Origin: Peribolospora baueri
Taxonomy: Eukaryota
Assembly (NCBI GenBank): GCA_029717555.1
Contig: JAMDHS010000029.1
Coordinates: 1 to 64,000, forward strand
Reading direction: 5' to 3'
Length of the DNA: 64,000 nucleotides
Of this stretch, positions 30,247 to 45,420 are shown in pieces (the stretch's first letter is position 1; each line of letters starts with the position of its first letter). The position numbers were made by a program, and so were the translations under genes. The notes beneath the pieces were generated by a model. It did not search any database and was not told where the DNA came from. It saw only the letters and a list, made by a program, of their open reading frames with translations.

Positions 30247-33200
30247 ATGCGTCTCCTCTCCCTTCTCTCCACCAGCTCGCTCGCCGTCTCTCTCGGCCTT
30301 GCGGCTAGCATCGGCCATTCTGGCGGACGACGCCCCGCCGACAGGCAGATTGCCTTCCGCTTCGAGCCCTCCGCAAATGACAATAACGCCCGGTGGTCTC
30401 CCCTCCTCTCCCAGCGCTCTTCCTCCCCCGGGGCGGCCCCCACCGCGCCCGCGAACACCACCCGCCCGGAAGGACCGTTCCCGGTAACGTGGGACAAATA
30501 CAGCCTGCAGATCGGACAACAAAGACTCTTTCTCTGGAGCACCGAGATTCACTTTGTCCGCGCTCCCGTCCCCGGACTGTGGAGGGACGTGTTGCAGCGC
30601 ATCAAGGCTGCTGGGTTTAACGCTATCAGGTGCGTCAATACGGTGCGTTTGGTTTGGTTCGAGGCTTGACCCACCTCTTCTTCGTCACACAGCATCTACA
30701 CCTTCTGGAGCCTCCACCAACCCTCGCAGGACAGACCGCCCACGTACGGGTCCGAGGAAAAGTTTCTCGACGTCGACCTCTTCCTCACCATCGCAAAGGA
30801 CGTCGGCCTATGGGTCATCGTCCGCCCCGGTCCGTACATCAATGCCGAGACTAGTGGCGGTGGTATGCCTGGTGCGTTTTTTCTCCCTTTGCTCCTCTGT
30901 CCGTAGCGAGTGCGCCCGTCGCGTCTCACCCCTCCTCTCATCCCTCCTTGTAGGCTGGGCAACCCGCGTGCCGGGCATCACGCGCACCAACACAACCGCC
31001 TGGACGGACGCGTGGACGCCGTACATCAAAGGCCTCGCGCCCATCATTGTCAAACACCAGCTCACCGTCGACCAGGCTGGCAAGCTTGGCGGAGGAAGCG
31101 TCATCGCTGTCCAGATTGGTCGGTGTCCGTCGTTTTGCCCGTCCACCCGATGGGATCGGTCCGGCAGGACGGAGGGACGGATAACCGACGGCTGACGTCC
31201 TTCTCCTCCGTCTTCGTTCCGTTCGTGCCCGCTCGCAGAAAACGAATACTACAACAGTTCCACCACCCAGCCTTACTTTGACCAGCTTAATGCGGCCATC
31301 AAGGATGCCGGCCTGGTGAGCAATGTCTCTTTCTTTTCTCCTCCGCCGGCCGGCCGCTCTGACCCTTCTCCCCCCCCCCCCCCTCCCTAACCCGCAGACG
31401 GTCCCCACGACTTTCAACGACGCCGGCATGCATTACAACTTTGTCCACGACGTCGACATTTACGGCGTCGATTCGTATCCTCAAAACTTTGACTGCTCCC
31501 ACCCGGACGTCTGGGCACCCGTGCCCACCAACTACCGGTCTTACCACGACAGCGTGTACGCCACCCACCCGAGCTTCATCCCCGAGTTCCAGGGCGGCTC
31601 CTTTGACCCCTTTGGCGGGCCCGGCTATCCCATGTGCGAACAGCTCACGGACGAGCATTTTACCAGAGTTTTCGATCTCAAGTACGTCCGTCCTTTCCCT
31701 TCCCTCTCCCGACGTGCCCCCGCTGACTTTTTTCTTCTCCTTAAAAGCCTGTGGTCCCAGGGCGTGACCATGTTGTCCATTTACATGGGCTACGGTGGCA
31801 CCAACTGGGGCGGCCTCGCAGAGCCCGACGTCTGTGAGTCTTCCCTCCCGTCCCAGGAGCTTTTTTGTGAGCCTCGTCATCCGACCTACCTCCGTTTCGT
31901 CCTCCCGTTCGTCTCTTTTTTCTTCTCAAGACACGTCATACGACTATGGCAGCATGATTGGCGAGAACCGGATCCTTAACAACAAGCACGACGAGTACAA
32001 GCGTCAGGGCTACTTTCACCAGTTCGTCCCCGACTTTACCCAGACGGACCTCGTTCAGGAGGGCGATGGCGTCTTGGGCGCTCCCCGTGGCATCTACGTC
32101 ACCTATCTCAAGAACCCCAACACCAGCGCTGGCTTTTACTTTGTCAGGCACACCAACTCGTCTTCCACGTGAGTTTCCTCGTCCCCAGCTCCACTGTCCG
32201 TTCTCGATCGCAAACGAACGAACGAAAGACGACCGCTCACCGTGGCCCCGCTCCTGACAGCGCCGTGACCGGATTTTCACTCTCCGTCTCCACCTCGGCC
32301 GGCAACATGACCGTTCCCCGCAACGGCGGCCAGAGCACGCTCTACGGCCGCGACTCGCACGTCATCCAGACAGACTACAAGTTCGGAAAGGCCGGTCACT
32401 TGCTCTACTCCACCGCCTCCGTGCTCGCCGGCTACACTCGCGACGACATCGACGTTTTGGTCCTCCACGGCGACCGTGGCCAGTCGTTCGAGACTGTCTT
32501 GGCCGGCAACATCACCGACGTCAAGCAGTACAACGGCAGCTCCTCCGCCATCACGATCAAGGACGACGCCTCGTCGGGCCAGCTCGTGGCTACCTGGAAG
32601 CCCACCGACGCGGGCATGGCGTGGGTCGGCTTGACCAACAGCGGCACCAAGACGCTCGTCCTGTTCGTCGACACCGTCTCCGCCGGCGCCATCTCCCTGC
32701 CCACCATCCTTGACTCCTCTTCGTCGTCGTCGTCGTCGTCATCTTCGGACCCCTACGCCGCTTTCGCCCCCTTCCACCGCACCCAGCCCGCCGCCTTTGT
32801 CGCCGGCCCGTACCTCGTTCGCAATGCCACCGCCCAAGGCTCCACCCTCGCCCTCACCGGTCAGACCAACTCGAGCGGGCCGATCCAGATCTATGCGCCG
32901 TCCAAGTACACAAAGTTCACCTGGAACGGACAGCCGATCGACATGAGCAGCGGCGGCAGCGGCGGCGGCGGCGGAGGAGTTACGCCTTTGGGCGCATACT
33001 CGGGCCGCCTCCCCGGGCCTTCGAGCCAAGTGCTGTCCTTGCAGCCGCCCAAGCTTACGGGATGGAAGTACCACGACGCGATCCCGGAGGCGAGCAGGAC
33101 GTACGACGACTCGCACTGGGTCACCGCCAACAAGACGTCCACCTCCAACCCGTTCTTCTACGACCCCCAGATCAACACGACCAATGTGCTTTTTGCCAGC

Positions 33201-34232
33201 GAGTACGGCTTCCACGCCAACAACTTCCTCTGGAGGTCAAGGTTCAACGCGACGGGCAAAGAGTTGGCTTTCAAGCTCAACATTCAGGGTGGAAGGTGGG
33301 TTGGGCGCAGCCGTCGGCGACCGAGCTCCGGCCGGATGACGACGAGAACTGATCCTCGCCGAATTCACGCTGACCTCTCCGCTCCTCTCCGCCATCTCTC
33401 GCACCGCCGCCTGCTTTAGGTTCTTCGCCGCGTCCGTCTGGCTCAACGACGTCTACCTCGGCCACACGAACGGCAGCTCTACGGCTAGCGGCGCCAACGC
33501 CACGTTCACCTTCCCCGCCGGGTCGGTCGTTGCCAACGAGCAAAACTTTATCACCATTCTCCAGGGTGAGCAATGAGTGCGCGACCGAGGAGACGAGCGA
33601 GCTCCCATCTGTCGCCACGCCAACGTCCTGCCGTGTCTGGTCGTTGACCCCTTATACATACATGCCTTGAGAAGACCCGCTGACGCCCGTCTTTTCCTCC
33701 CTTCGACAGACTCGTCTGGAATCGAGGAGGAGAAGGGGACCATGGTGAGTCGGTCGTGCGACCGAACGCGCATCGGCGGGTAGGGGAGCACGGCCTACTT
33801 ACCAACCGAGCCGTAAACTTGTATTTTTTTCTTCCTCGCCGCGCTTGCTCTCTCCTCAGGCCATCGGAGGTTCTAAGAACTTGCCTTCCAACAGTGAGTC
33901 TCTCCTTCGGGCGTTGGCTCCGTGTTTCCCCCATTCGGCTCGCTCGTCCAACACGCTTATACCGCCTCCTCGCTTCGCACGCCCCTCACAGACACGCTTG
34001 AGGCCTTCAAGCAGCCGCGTGGCATCATTGCCTACACGCTCGTGGGAGCTGACAGCAAGGACGCTCTCGGGGAGTGGAAGGTGGCTGGAAACCTCGACGG
34101 TGAAGACTATCCGGACAAGACCAGAGGCGTTTACAACGAGGGCGGCCTCTATCCGGACGTGAGTCGCACGGCGGTGGTCCATGCACGCGCGGCGTCAGCC
34201 CCGGAAAGCCGAACTAGTTTCTCACCGCAATC

Positions 34233-34283
<51 letters not shown>

Positions 34284-34931
34284 TTCCTCCTCCGCCGCGC
34301 AGCGCGCCGGATGGCACCTCCCCGGATTCGACGACTCGAACTGGACCGCGCGAGCGCCGACCGAAGGCCTCCAAGCTCCGGGCGTCGGTTTCTTCCGCAC
34401 CACCTTCTCCCTCGACCTGCCCGACGACCACGACGTGCCCATCAGCTTTGTCTACTCCGCCAAGGAGACGAGCACCCTCAAGGCCGGCGAAGGCTACAGG
34501 GCGCTCCTATACGTCAACGGGTGGCAGTTTGGGAAGCGGATCGCGGACCTCGGTGAGGATCCAAGAGGCCCGCCCAGGGATGTGGCGAAAACCAAGGTCG
34601 GCGGAAAAATATGCGTTCCCCGCCGACTGACCGCTCCGCCCCACCTGTTTTTATTCTCCGTTTCCGTCATTTCCTTCCTTCCTTCCCTTCCATCATCATC
34701 CTTTCGCTCGTCACAGGTCCGCAATACAACTTCCCCGTCCCGCCGGGGATCCTCGACACCAAAGGCACCAACACCGTCGGCCTCGCCTTTTGGGGCCTTT
34801 CCAACAGCAGCCTCAAGCTGGACAGCTTCGAGCTCCAGTTCGATGGCAAGTTCGAGGGCGCCGTCGGTCCCGTCGTCGTCGACAATCCCGGTTGGCAGCA
34901 GCTTCGGGGTGGCCGGAGCGGGCCAATCTGA
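30247..34931 (+). CDS. Secreted glycoside hydrolase family 35 beta-galactosidase (lacA-like); many introns
   Basis: Signal peptide [22 protein letters not shown]35 motifs [60 protein letters not shown] (acid/base), [11 protein letters not shown] (nucleophile), [17 protein letters not shown]-terminal [20 protein letters not shown]. Confidence 0.93.
34234..34281 (+). repeat. 48-nt poly(C) homopolymer inside a beta-galactosidase intron
   Basis: Uninterrupted C run between the CTCAC branch-like site and the CAG acceptor at ~34302. Confidence 0.9.
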
Positions 34932-35434
34932 TCCCGGTCCCGAGACGGGTGGGGGGGGGCGAGGGGAAGAGACGAAGACGTTTCGTATCCCAAACTTTTT
35001 ATTTGTTTGTTCGATGGAAATTCACACGCCGACGGTCGCGTTAACCCGAAATACCGTCCATCCATGCATCCATCCATCGTCCGGCTTCGAGTTTTTTTCG
35101 CTTTTCAAACATTCCCGACCGAGCCTTCTGCTTCGCTTGACGCCGGCCGCCGCGACGCGGAAAAGCTGAGGGAGCGGAGCGTGGCGCTGTTTACACAGCT
35201 CCGGCAAATCGCGTCTGCCGAACGCGGAAGGAAATGGACGAAAACAAACGAAACGAAACGATAAAGGCGCGTACGTGTTGACGACAGAAGAAAGCTAATC
35301 CTTATCCCCAACATTACAGGTCATGTCTATGTCGCTCTCTCCCGCTCTCCGGTAGGGAAGCGTCCGTACGCACGACTCGCCGCTCGCGCGACACTCCAGG
35401 AAAAGATGCAGTGGGTTACTTCCGCCCGACCCGC

Positions 35435-37434
35435 TTACACGGTCCGACCGCCAAGGACGCCCATGATGGCCTCGTAGGTGGAGAAGACGATGCCTCCGGA
35501 AAGCTGGATTGAGAGGCGCAGACGTGGACGCGATCCGCTTCAGCCTTCCGATCATACTTCGCACGGGACGGGACGCGAGCAGCTGGCACTTACCACAAGC
35601 CTCGCGAGCCTGGTCGTGCTCCCGCGCCAAAAGGCGGTGATGCCTTCTCGCTTGAATGTTTGCAAGGCGCAGTCAAATGAGTTTTTGTAGTTTTTTCGTG
35701 CCTCGAGGGATTGCATTCGAGTTTTGATGACGCTGTGCCGAAACACGAGTGGGGAGGGATCGATGAGTCAAAAGAGAGCCAGTTGAACGGCTCGACAAAG
35801 ATTCCACTATCCGATCACCGCACCACACTCACTCCAATGGCATCGTCGTGTAAACGGTGACCACACCCGCGATAGCGCCGATACCGAACGTGACGCCGCT
35901 GGGCAAGCTCTGCCCGGGCCGGGTGTTTCCTTGCACGAATTGCTTGAGCGTCGAGTACGTGCCGAACCGAACGGCCGAGTTGGCTCCCTGGCGCATCATG
36001 ACGGGGCCGAGCCCTCGGTAAATGCCGTGGAAACCTTCTTCTTTCACAATGGCAGTCGTTCCGGCAACAAGAGTTCGAGGATAGCGCGGGACTTCACGCT
36101 TCGAGTCGTCGATGAGCTTGGTCCTGAGAAGAAGAGAAAGTGTGATAGATCAGCCGAGCGAGGTCGTCGTAGCTCCCGCGCATGTCCGGTGCCCTCACTT
36201 AATCGTTTCTGATGGAGTCACGGCAAAGATGGCCTCCATCATTCCCGCGCCAAGACCAGCTGGAAGAGAGCACACGTCGAAGGAGAGGAGCAATCAGAAT
36301 GAAGGACAATGCTTGGACTGACATGAAACCTGGAGTCATACATACCCAACAGGCTCCTCGGCCCACTCAATTTACCCTGTGTCGCAAGACGGGACGTAGA
36401 ATAGCGATCATCACGGTGAGCCACGCATCAGAGACTGCCGACGTGGTCCCCACAACCAACATCCAAACAAAAAGGGAGACCAAAAGCATGGCGCTGGAGA
36501 AGAAAGAGACGCACCTCCCTATCCATCAGAAACGTCTTAAAGTAGTCATAGCTCAAGAAACGCACGCCCGCCTTGACCGCGTTGCCGGTCACGAGGGCAC
36601 CGCACCCGCTATAGAGGCCGAAGAAGCCCTCGGTGGCGATCGTTTTGCGGACGATCGAAATCGGGCCCGGAGCCTGTAACAAAAGAGAAGACAGAGTGAG
36701 AGCGTGACCTTTTGCTGATCCTGCCACACAGTCATGCGCCTATATGGCCCCCCGTGGTTGCCCCCAAAGCAGGACACAGGAGGAATTGGGGCAGAACACT
36801 CGAAGAAAAAGGAAAGCACGGCCACCCACCTTCTCACCCTGCTTGGCCGCAAACTGACTGACCGTCTTCGTGTACTCGATGGGGTAAGTCGAAAAGCCTG
36901 ATTCGGGTTAAAAGCGAGAGATGCGGACATGACATGAGTCGTCAGCGGCCCGCTACATACCGGCATGCACAGCCCGTCGAAGCAAACTCCAGTGCCCCGA
37001 CCAGCACGAGAGACTCTCCAGGCAACGGAAGAGGTGTCGATGTGGTATCTAAATAGTCGCCTTCCTCTCTAATTCCCATCTAAATTTAATGCAGCCTGGC
37101 TTTACCTGCCTCCCCCAACGGCCATCGAGCTACAGACGGACGGAGAGAAACGAGCATCGACCGGCGTCCGTCTTCGCTTCCTCGTACGCACCCAGCCAAA
37201 AGTCGACAACTACCGGCCCCAGTTTCGATTCCGCGAGCAGCCCGACGCCATGACTCCACACTCACCCTCAATAGCGCCAGCCGTTGCACCAGCGATCAAG
37301 GAATAGAGCGGCTTATCCTTGCGCACCGGCTGCTGCTGGTGCTGGTGCTGCGGGTTCGTCGCGGAGGAGGAGGACGCGGAGATGGTGGAAGGGTCCGGCG
37401 AGGCGTTGACACCTCGGGTGCTGGAGGTGGCCAT
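35435..37434 (-). CDS. CTP1: Mitochondrial citrate/tricarboxylate carrier (SLC25A1-like)
   Basis: Three carrier repeats with Px[DE]xx[KR] signatures (YPIEYTKT, TPSETIKTK, MPL.VIKTRMQ). Also SLIAGATAGAIEG, GNAVKAGVRF, MMRQGANSAVRF and FWRGSTTRLARL. Confidence 0.9.
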
Positions 37435-38578
37435 GGTGAGGAGGTAGATAGATGGCGTGGGACGTCTTCGATGGTGGTCACGAACAAGTCGCGCTTGTCT
37501 GCTAGAGATAATCGCTGATCGTGCTGCGGCTGGAAGAACGCAAAGCGATGGTTCGAGGTGAAGGCCAGGCCGCCCGCCGAGCGCTGACTTGCTGACGTAT
37601 ATCCATCAGTCCGGACGAGAAGCGCCTCCTCAGAGTCCGCCGATGGGGCGAGGGTTACGGCTTCGAGGTTCGTCCTGGCGCCATGACGGTCGTGTGTTGA
37701 GCAAACTCCTGGAGTGCACCCGAAGGCCGGCGCAAGTGGTCAGTCTGGTCCGTACACGGCATGCTGATCAGTCGCATCTCGCGGTCGCCCAGTTTCCCGT
37801 TCTCATAACTGGCATGTGCTACCACGACAGAGGGGGCAGCTTCTTCCAGTTGTGTTCTGGCTCTGCTGTGTGCAAATTGGCACCTTTTTTGTTATCGGTT
37901 CTTGTTGGCTGACGCCGTCAACAGGACGGACGCTGTCCCTCGTGTCGGTCAACCCATAAAGGGCGCCATGGCCTCTTGACCTCCGCAGAAGCGTCATCAG
38001 ATACGGCCTTGGCCAAGCCAGCACAGCCGTCGCTGACTGGGGGGTTTTCTTGTTCAATTTGTCTCGCCATCGAAAACATCAGTCAGCCGGTTATCGCCAC
38101 CTGGAAACTTTCTACTTCATCTGTCAGTCTCGTCATCTTGTGCTCTTCAATATTCCTTTCCTACTCGATCATCCTCGTCCACATGCCTGTCTCTCCCCCA
38201 GGTCTCGGCGACCCGCTGTTTGGAGGTTTCCTCTTGCTCGTCACTCATGACACTGTTCCCTGTGGCGGTTGGCTGAACCCGGACCAGAACGTCATTCCGC
38301 TACAACGTACCCGCGACCATGGTCGCTTCTGTGCCAACATGACCGGACCAAGGCGGTGAGGGTCTCTTCTTTCTGGTGAAGACCGAATTTTCCTGGTCTG
38401 CCCGGGATTCCAGAAGGAAGGGAGTGGCAGCAGGTTGTCGAGGCCTTGAGGGACCCTCAGGTCATCTTACGCTTCTCGGTCGCCTTCTCCTCCCTCTTCG
38501 CAGTTTCAGGGCCTGAGGACCATGGACTCTGCGCCCTCATTGTCAAGGGAAATAAGGCGTCGGCATGCCTTTTCTCCA

Positions 38579-38770
38579 GTCTTCAAAACAAAACGTGTCG
38601 TCAACAGGGAGGGAAGATAAAGCGGCGAGGAGAAAAGGGTCTTCAACAGGGAGGGAGGATAAAGCAGCGAGAAGAAAAGCGTCTTCAACAAAAAAGGAAA
38701 CGGGTCTTCAACACAACAGGGAGGCAGGATTAAAACGGGCAAGAAGAGAAACCGGTGTCTTCAAACAAAT
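38579..38770. repeat. Degenerate minisatellite with a 42-bp unit and recurrent GTCTTCAA motif
   Basis: Near-identical 42-mers start at 38597 and 38639 (GTC[G/T]TCAACAGGGAGGGA[A/G]GATAAAGC[G/A]GCGAG[G/A]AGAAAAG). Partial units at 38579, 38681, 38704 and 38757. Confidence 0.8.
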
Positions 38771-39599
38771 GTCGTGCCGACGTGGCAAAATGGAAAAAGT
38801 TCGTGGGACGGAGAATTTGTGAAGTGCTGCTGTGGACCGGTTTTGCCTTGCCTGCCTGGACGAACAAAACGCAGCCTACCCCGTCAGAAAATGGATAATA
38901 TGATACTGCCAGGGTTCTTCCCAGGTTGACTGACGGTAAAACTACGTTACGTGCACGGCCAGCGATGCTCCCGCCGTCCCGCACGCTCCACTCGCTCGCT
39001 CTTCCTCACTCTCGGCCACAAAAAAGCGAGCGAGCGTACGCCATTCCCATTCCCATTCAAATCGGCGTCCTATTCTCATCTCATTTCGTACCACATCGAC
39101 CTCGTTCACTTTGCGCCAACGGATGGATAGACGGACAGATGGACAGACGGACGGACGGGACGGAGAGATGAATGGGTTGTAGACCACACCGCACCGCACC
39201 GCACCACACCGCGCCGCACGCGCCGCGCCACGCCACACAGGCTAGGATTTGGGATAGGGACATGGAACGGGAAAGTCGTTCGACAGAAAGACGGACGGAG
39301 GGACAGACTGACGGACAGAGGGGATGAGACGGGCGTTGAAAAGGGAGGGAAAGGGACGGGGGGGGAAGGAAACTTTGAGGGGAAGAGAGAGAGAAGAAGG
39401 AGAAAGGCAGGTGTGGGACCAGGCCTAGCCTAAAAGACGGGGATATTCTGAGGTAACAGAAAGGAAGGGAAAAGAGAACGGAGGGGCAACGGAGCTTGGT
39501 GTTCGTTTTCCTTCGTGACGGCACATCCTCGTCGCCGTCGTCCTCGAGCGGCCTTGTGAACGACGGCGAGAGGGCGGGAGCGTCTCGTGGATCCAGCGC

Positions 39600-41688
<2,089 letters not shown>

Positions 41689-42840
41689 GGCGACTGTTTA
41701 CTTGGAAAAGAGAGAAAGGAAGAAGACGCGGGGGAGAATGGGCGGAGGAGTCTAGGCAGAAGGATGCACCGTCTGAAGAGGCAAGAGAAGGGAGGCCTGC
41801 GTAGTGGTGAAGGTGAAGGTGATGGATGGTGATGGGGAAGGCGACGACGACGTGGAAGACGACGGCGTGGATGGGATGGATGGATGGATGGATCGGGACG
41901 GGAGGCAGAACCGACCAACCACAACGCACAGCCCGGCCAGCCTGGCACGCCAGGGCACAGGGCGGTTGGCGCCCGCTGCGCGGGGAGTAGGGTTGTCAGT
42001 TCCCACGGCGGTCCGTGCGCAAATCCTAGGGTTAGCGGCGCTAGGCGGTCGACACCCGACACCGTCGCCGGTCGGAGAGACGCGGCCGATGGACGCCGAT
42101 GCAGAAAACGTTGGCGCAGCGGACGAGGCGAACGTTCGCTGAGCGTGAGCGACGACGACGCTGGACCGTCGCGCCTTGCACGAAGAAGAAAGCAGGAAGT
42201 GGCGAGCGGTCACAAAGCGCGTTGCCAGCGCAGCGCAGTGTATACTTTCGCGATATGCCCATTTATTTGTCGCCACGCAAGCACACGCATAGACACCCCC
42301 ACACATACACGCACGCCCATGAGCCGCGCCTCTGCCGAGGCCGACAGCCGAGACGTTCCGGCCGCAGCAGTGTCGTACAATCTGACGCGTCCCTCTCGGC
42401 CGGGCTGACCGGACCCGGGTTCCGGCTGTGGAAGAACGTGTCGTCGATATGATATAAGGAGCAAGCACGACTGGCAGGACTGACAATCGAGAGGATAGAC
42501 AGACCGCAAAGAGCGGGCGACGGACGGCGACGGAAGGCAACATCGATAACCACAACCACAACCACAACCACAACCACAGCGACACGACCGCCGCGAGGCG
42601 AGCCCGGCTTGCAGACGTGCCTTCGATAAAAGCCAACACACGCGTGACGGTCATCGCTGATAGAAGACAGGAACAACTGCGAACGGTGCCTAACCCGACG
42701 GCCACCGATCCATTTCCCTCCGTCCTCTCTCCCACCCCCACCTCCACCTCTCCGTTCACCTTCCCTCGTCCACCTCCACCATACTCGCCACCCACATCCC
42801 CCCTCTCCTCCGCGTCGCCCGCCTCGCCCGTCTCGCGAAG

Positions 42841-45121
42841 ATGACTGCCATGGATGCCCCCTCCGAGGCCCCAGCTGCTTCGCCAAGCGCCGGCGGAACC
42901 GCCAAGGTGGCCGGCGCAGCGGCGGGCGCGGCCACCGTCGCCGCCGAGATGTTGGCGCCCATTCCGACTACGCTTAAAAGTGTGAGTTGAGTCGCTGCTC
43001 GTCCGTCGTCTCGCGCGGTGGCGGCTTGGCTACCTGCCGAGGACGACGCTGAACAGAGCCTTTCGTCTCCTTCATCTCTCCCTTGAAACCCCGTCAGTCC
43101 TTCCAATCCTGGTGGTCCGCCACCCCAGCGGCCGCCGCCGCCGTCGAGGCACGTTTGGCAGCGCGCTCCGGCTTTTTCGACCCCTCGGAACCCCACCCAT
43201 CCGGAAAGATCGGAACTCTGGGCCCTGTGTATCTTCGCCCCAACCCCAAGAACCTCCTCCCCTGGTCGGGCGGTGAGGAGAGGCAGATCAACACGCTCGA
43301 GATCGGCACGCCAGAGACGCCGGCCGAGGGCGAGACGAACATCGTCCTCACCCACGGCTACGGCGCCGCGCAGATGTTCTTCTTTCAGGTGAGCCCCGTC
43401 CGAGCCCACGAGCTAGTCCTCAACGTTTCCTCTTGTTGACTTTTTTTTTTTTTTTTTTTCCCCTTTCTCTCTCTCTCCGCCCAGAACATCGCCGCCCTAG
43501 CCTCGATCCCCCATTCCCGCCTCTTCGCAATAGACTGGCTCGGCATGGGTCGCTCCTCCCGCGTGCCTTTCAAGGTGCGCGCCCCGGCCAACGATGTCCG
43601 CGCGAGGGTGGATGAGGCCGAAGACTTTTTCGTGAGCAGTTTGGAGGAGTGGAGGGAGAGGAAGGGCATCGAGAAGATGGTCCTTATTGGACATTCTTTG
43701 GGTCAGTCCCGCGGGCATTGCGTGGCGTCTTCGAGGTGTTGTCTCCGTCTCTCACTCCGGCCTTTTTCCCCTCTCCAGGTGCCTACCTTTCCACGGCCTA
43801 CACCCTCCGCCACCCCACGCGCGTCCAGCAACTGATCCTAATCTCCCCCGCAGGCGTATCCCGTAACCCGTACGAAGGCTCCACAGATCAGGCCCCCGTG
43901 CCGAAGAAAACGGCCATGAAGGAGTTCCAGCAGTCTCAGACAGAGGTGGCGCCTCCTCCGGACGACGACGAGGAGATGGTGCTGTCCGCCGATATGGATC
44001 GGCTGAAGGCCCAGAAGGAAGCTATGAAGAGGGAACCGAAATTGGGCGGCAAGGCGCTGGCTGCGAGGGCCAACGGACACGATTTGGTCAAGGCTAGGAA
44101 ACAGGAAGAAGCGGCCAAGGATAAGGGAGACGATGTGGACGACGAGGAGAATGCGCATAAGCCTCCTTCCAAGAGGATGAGGACCGTGTTTGGCTGGCTG
44201 TGGGAGCAGGTGAGTTACGAGTTCATGGCTCACAAATCCGTACCCGCTTCGCTGGTCCTGCCTATCTATTTACCTATGTGGCGTCCCCATCTTTTTGGGC
44301 GCTTCAGAACGTCTCCCCCTTCTCCTTCGTCCGCAACTCCTTCTTCTACGCCCCACTCCTCGTGGGCAAGTATACTAGTCGGAGGTTCGGCGCGCTTGAG
44401 GAGTCTGCTCTGTGAGTGGACGCCCTGACTTGGTTGGGCTCAGGCCCGTCCTTTTTTTCCGCTTTCTGACTCCCCATCCCGTCCTGTCCACAAATGACCG
44501 CACAGTCGAGACCTCCACCACTACTGCTACGCCATCTTCTCCTCCCGAGGCTCCTCCGAGTACTGCCTCGCTCACCTCCTCGCCCCCGGAGCGTACGCCC
44601 GCCTGCCCCTTCTTGATCGCGTCACGGAGTTGCCCAAGATTCCCATAACTTTTATGTGTGAGTTTTCCTACTTCTTCACGTACACTCCGCGTAGCTCGAC
44701 ATTTTTTTTTTCGCTGATTTCCATTCGTCTTGCGCTCCCACACGCGCTGTGTAGACGGGGAGTACGACTGGATGGACGAAAGCGCGGGCCACGAATCTGT
44801 CAAGCGGCTCAAGGCTTCCGGAAACAAGGACGCACGGTGTTTCCGATTTCCCCATGCCGGTCATCATCGTGAGTGCCCTCCCGACTGCCTCTATCACTGT
44901 GCGCGCAGTCGTTCTTACCTCGACAACCCTTTCGACTTTGCGCAGTCTATCTCGACAACGCCCCGCTGTTCAACAAGCTCATCGTGTCAGAGATCACCGG
45001 GCGCCTCGACAAGGCCAAGCAAGAGCGCTTGCGCTCGACAGAGCCTCGTAACCTTCCCCCGAAGATCGATTCGCTCGCTTCTGCGGCGCCCAGCCCAGCG
45101 ACCGCAGTGGCCGTTTCGTAA
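42841..45121 (+). CDS. Alpha/beta hydrolase of the ABHD4/5 family (Cld1/Ict1-like cardiolipin deacylase or acyltransferase)
   Basis: VLTHGYGAA, AIDWLGMGRSSR, EDFFVSSLEEWR, nucleophile elbow GHSLGAY, LILISPAG, SEYCLAHLLAPGAYAR.PL, YGEYDWMD and the AGHH.YLDN (HX4D) motif. Confidence 0.85.
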
Positions 45122-45420
45122 ATGTCATCCCCGTTCCCGTTCCCCTCGCCGGTTTTCCTCGTTCGCCCCTCCGTCCGTCCGTCGCGGTTCGATCGCCGTG
45201 GTTCTTTCCGATCGAACTCTAGATGGTGCTGGCGCTCTATACCATTTGCCTGACACCCGGGCAACTTACCTTCGCTCCTTCGCTCTCTCCCACTCTTGTC
45301 TAATGTTACTTTCGGTCTGTATTCATAGATCTTCCACTTTGGCCTTGGTTTAACGAGATGCACGTGGTCACTGTCCAATTCCTTCCTTCCATCATCTCAA
45401 CCCGTTTCAGGGAAGGGTTT

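Noticed and set aside
36899..37262. Long first intron of the citrate carrier, and RPB12 intron 1, as possible snoRNA or riboswitch hosts
   Set aside because: I could not find convincing C/D or H/ACA boxes or a TPP aptamer by eye. A covariance-model search would be needed.
38579..38770. Repeat array considered as a CRISPR
   Set aside because: Eukaryotic context, no unique spacers of regular length and no cas genes.
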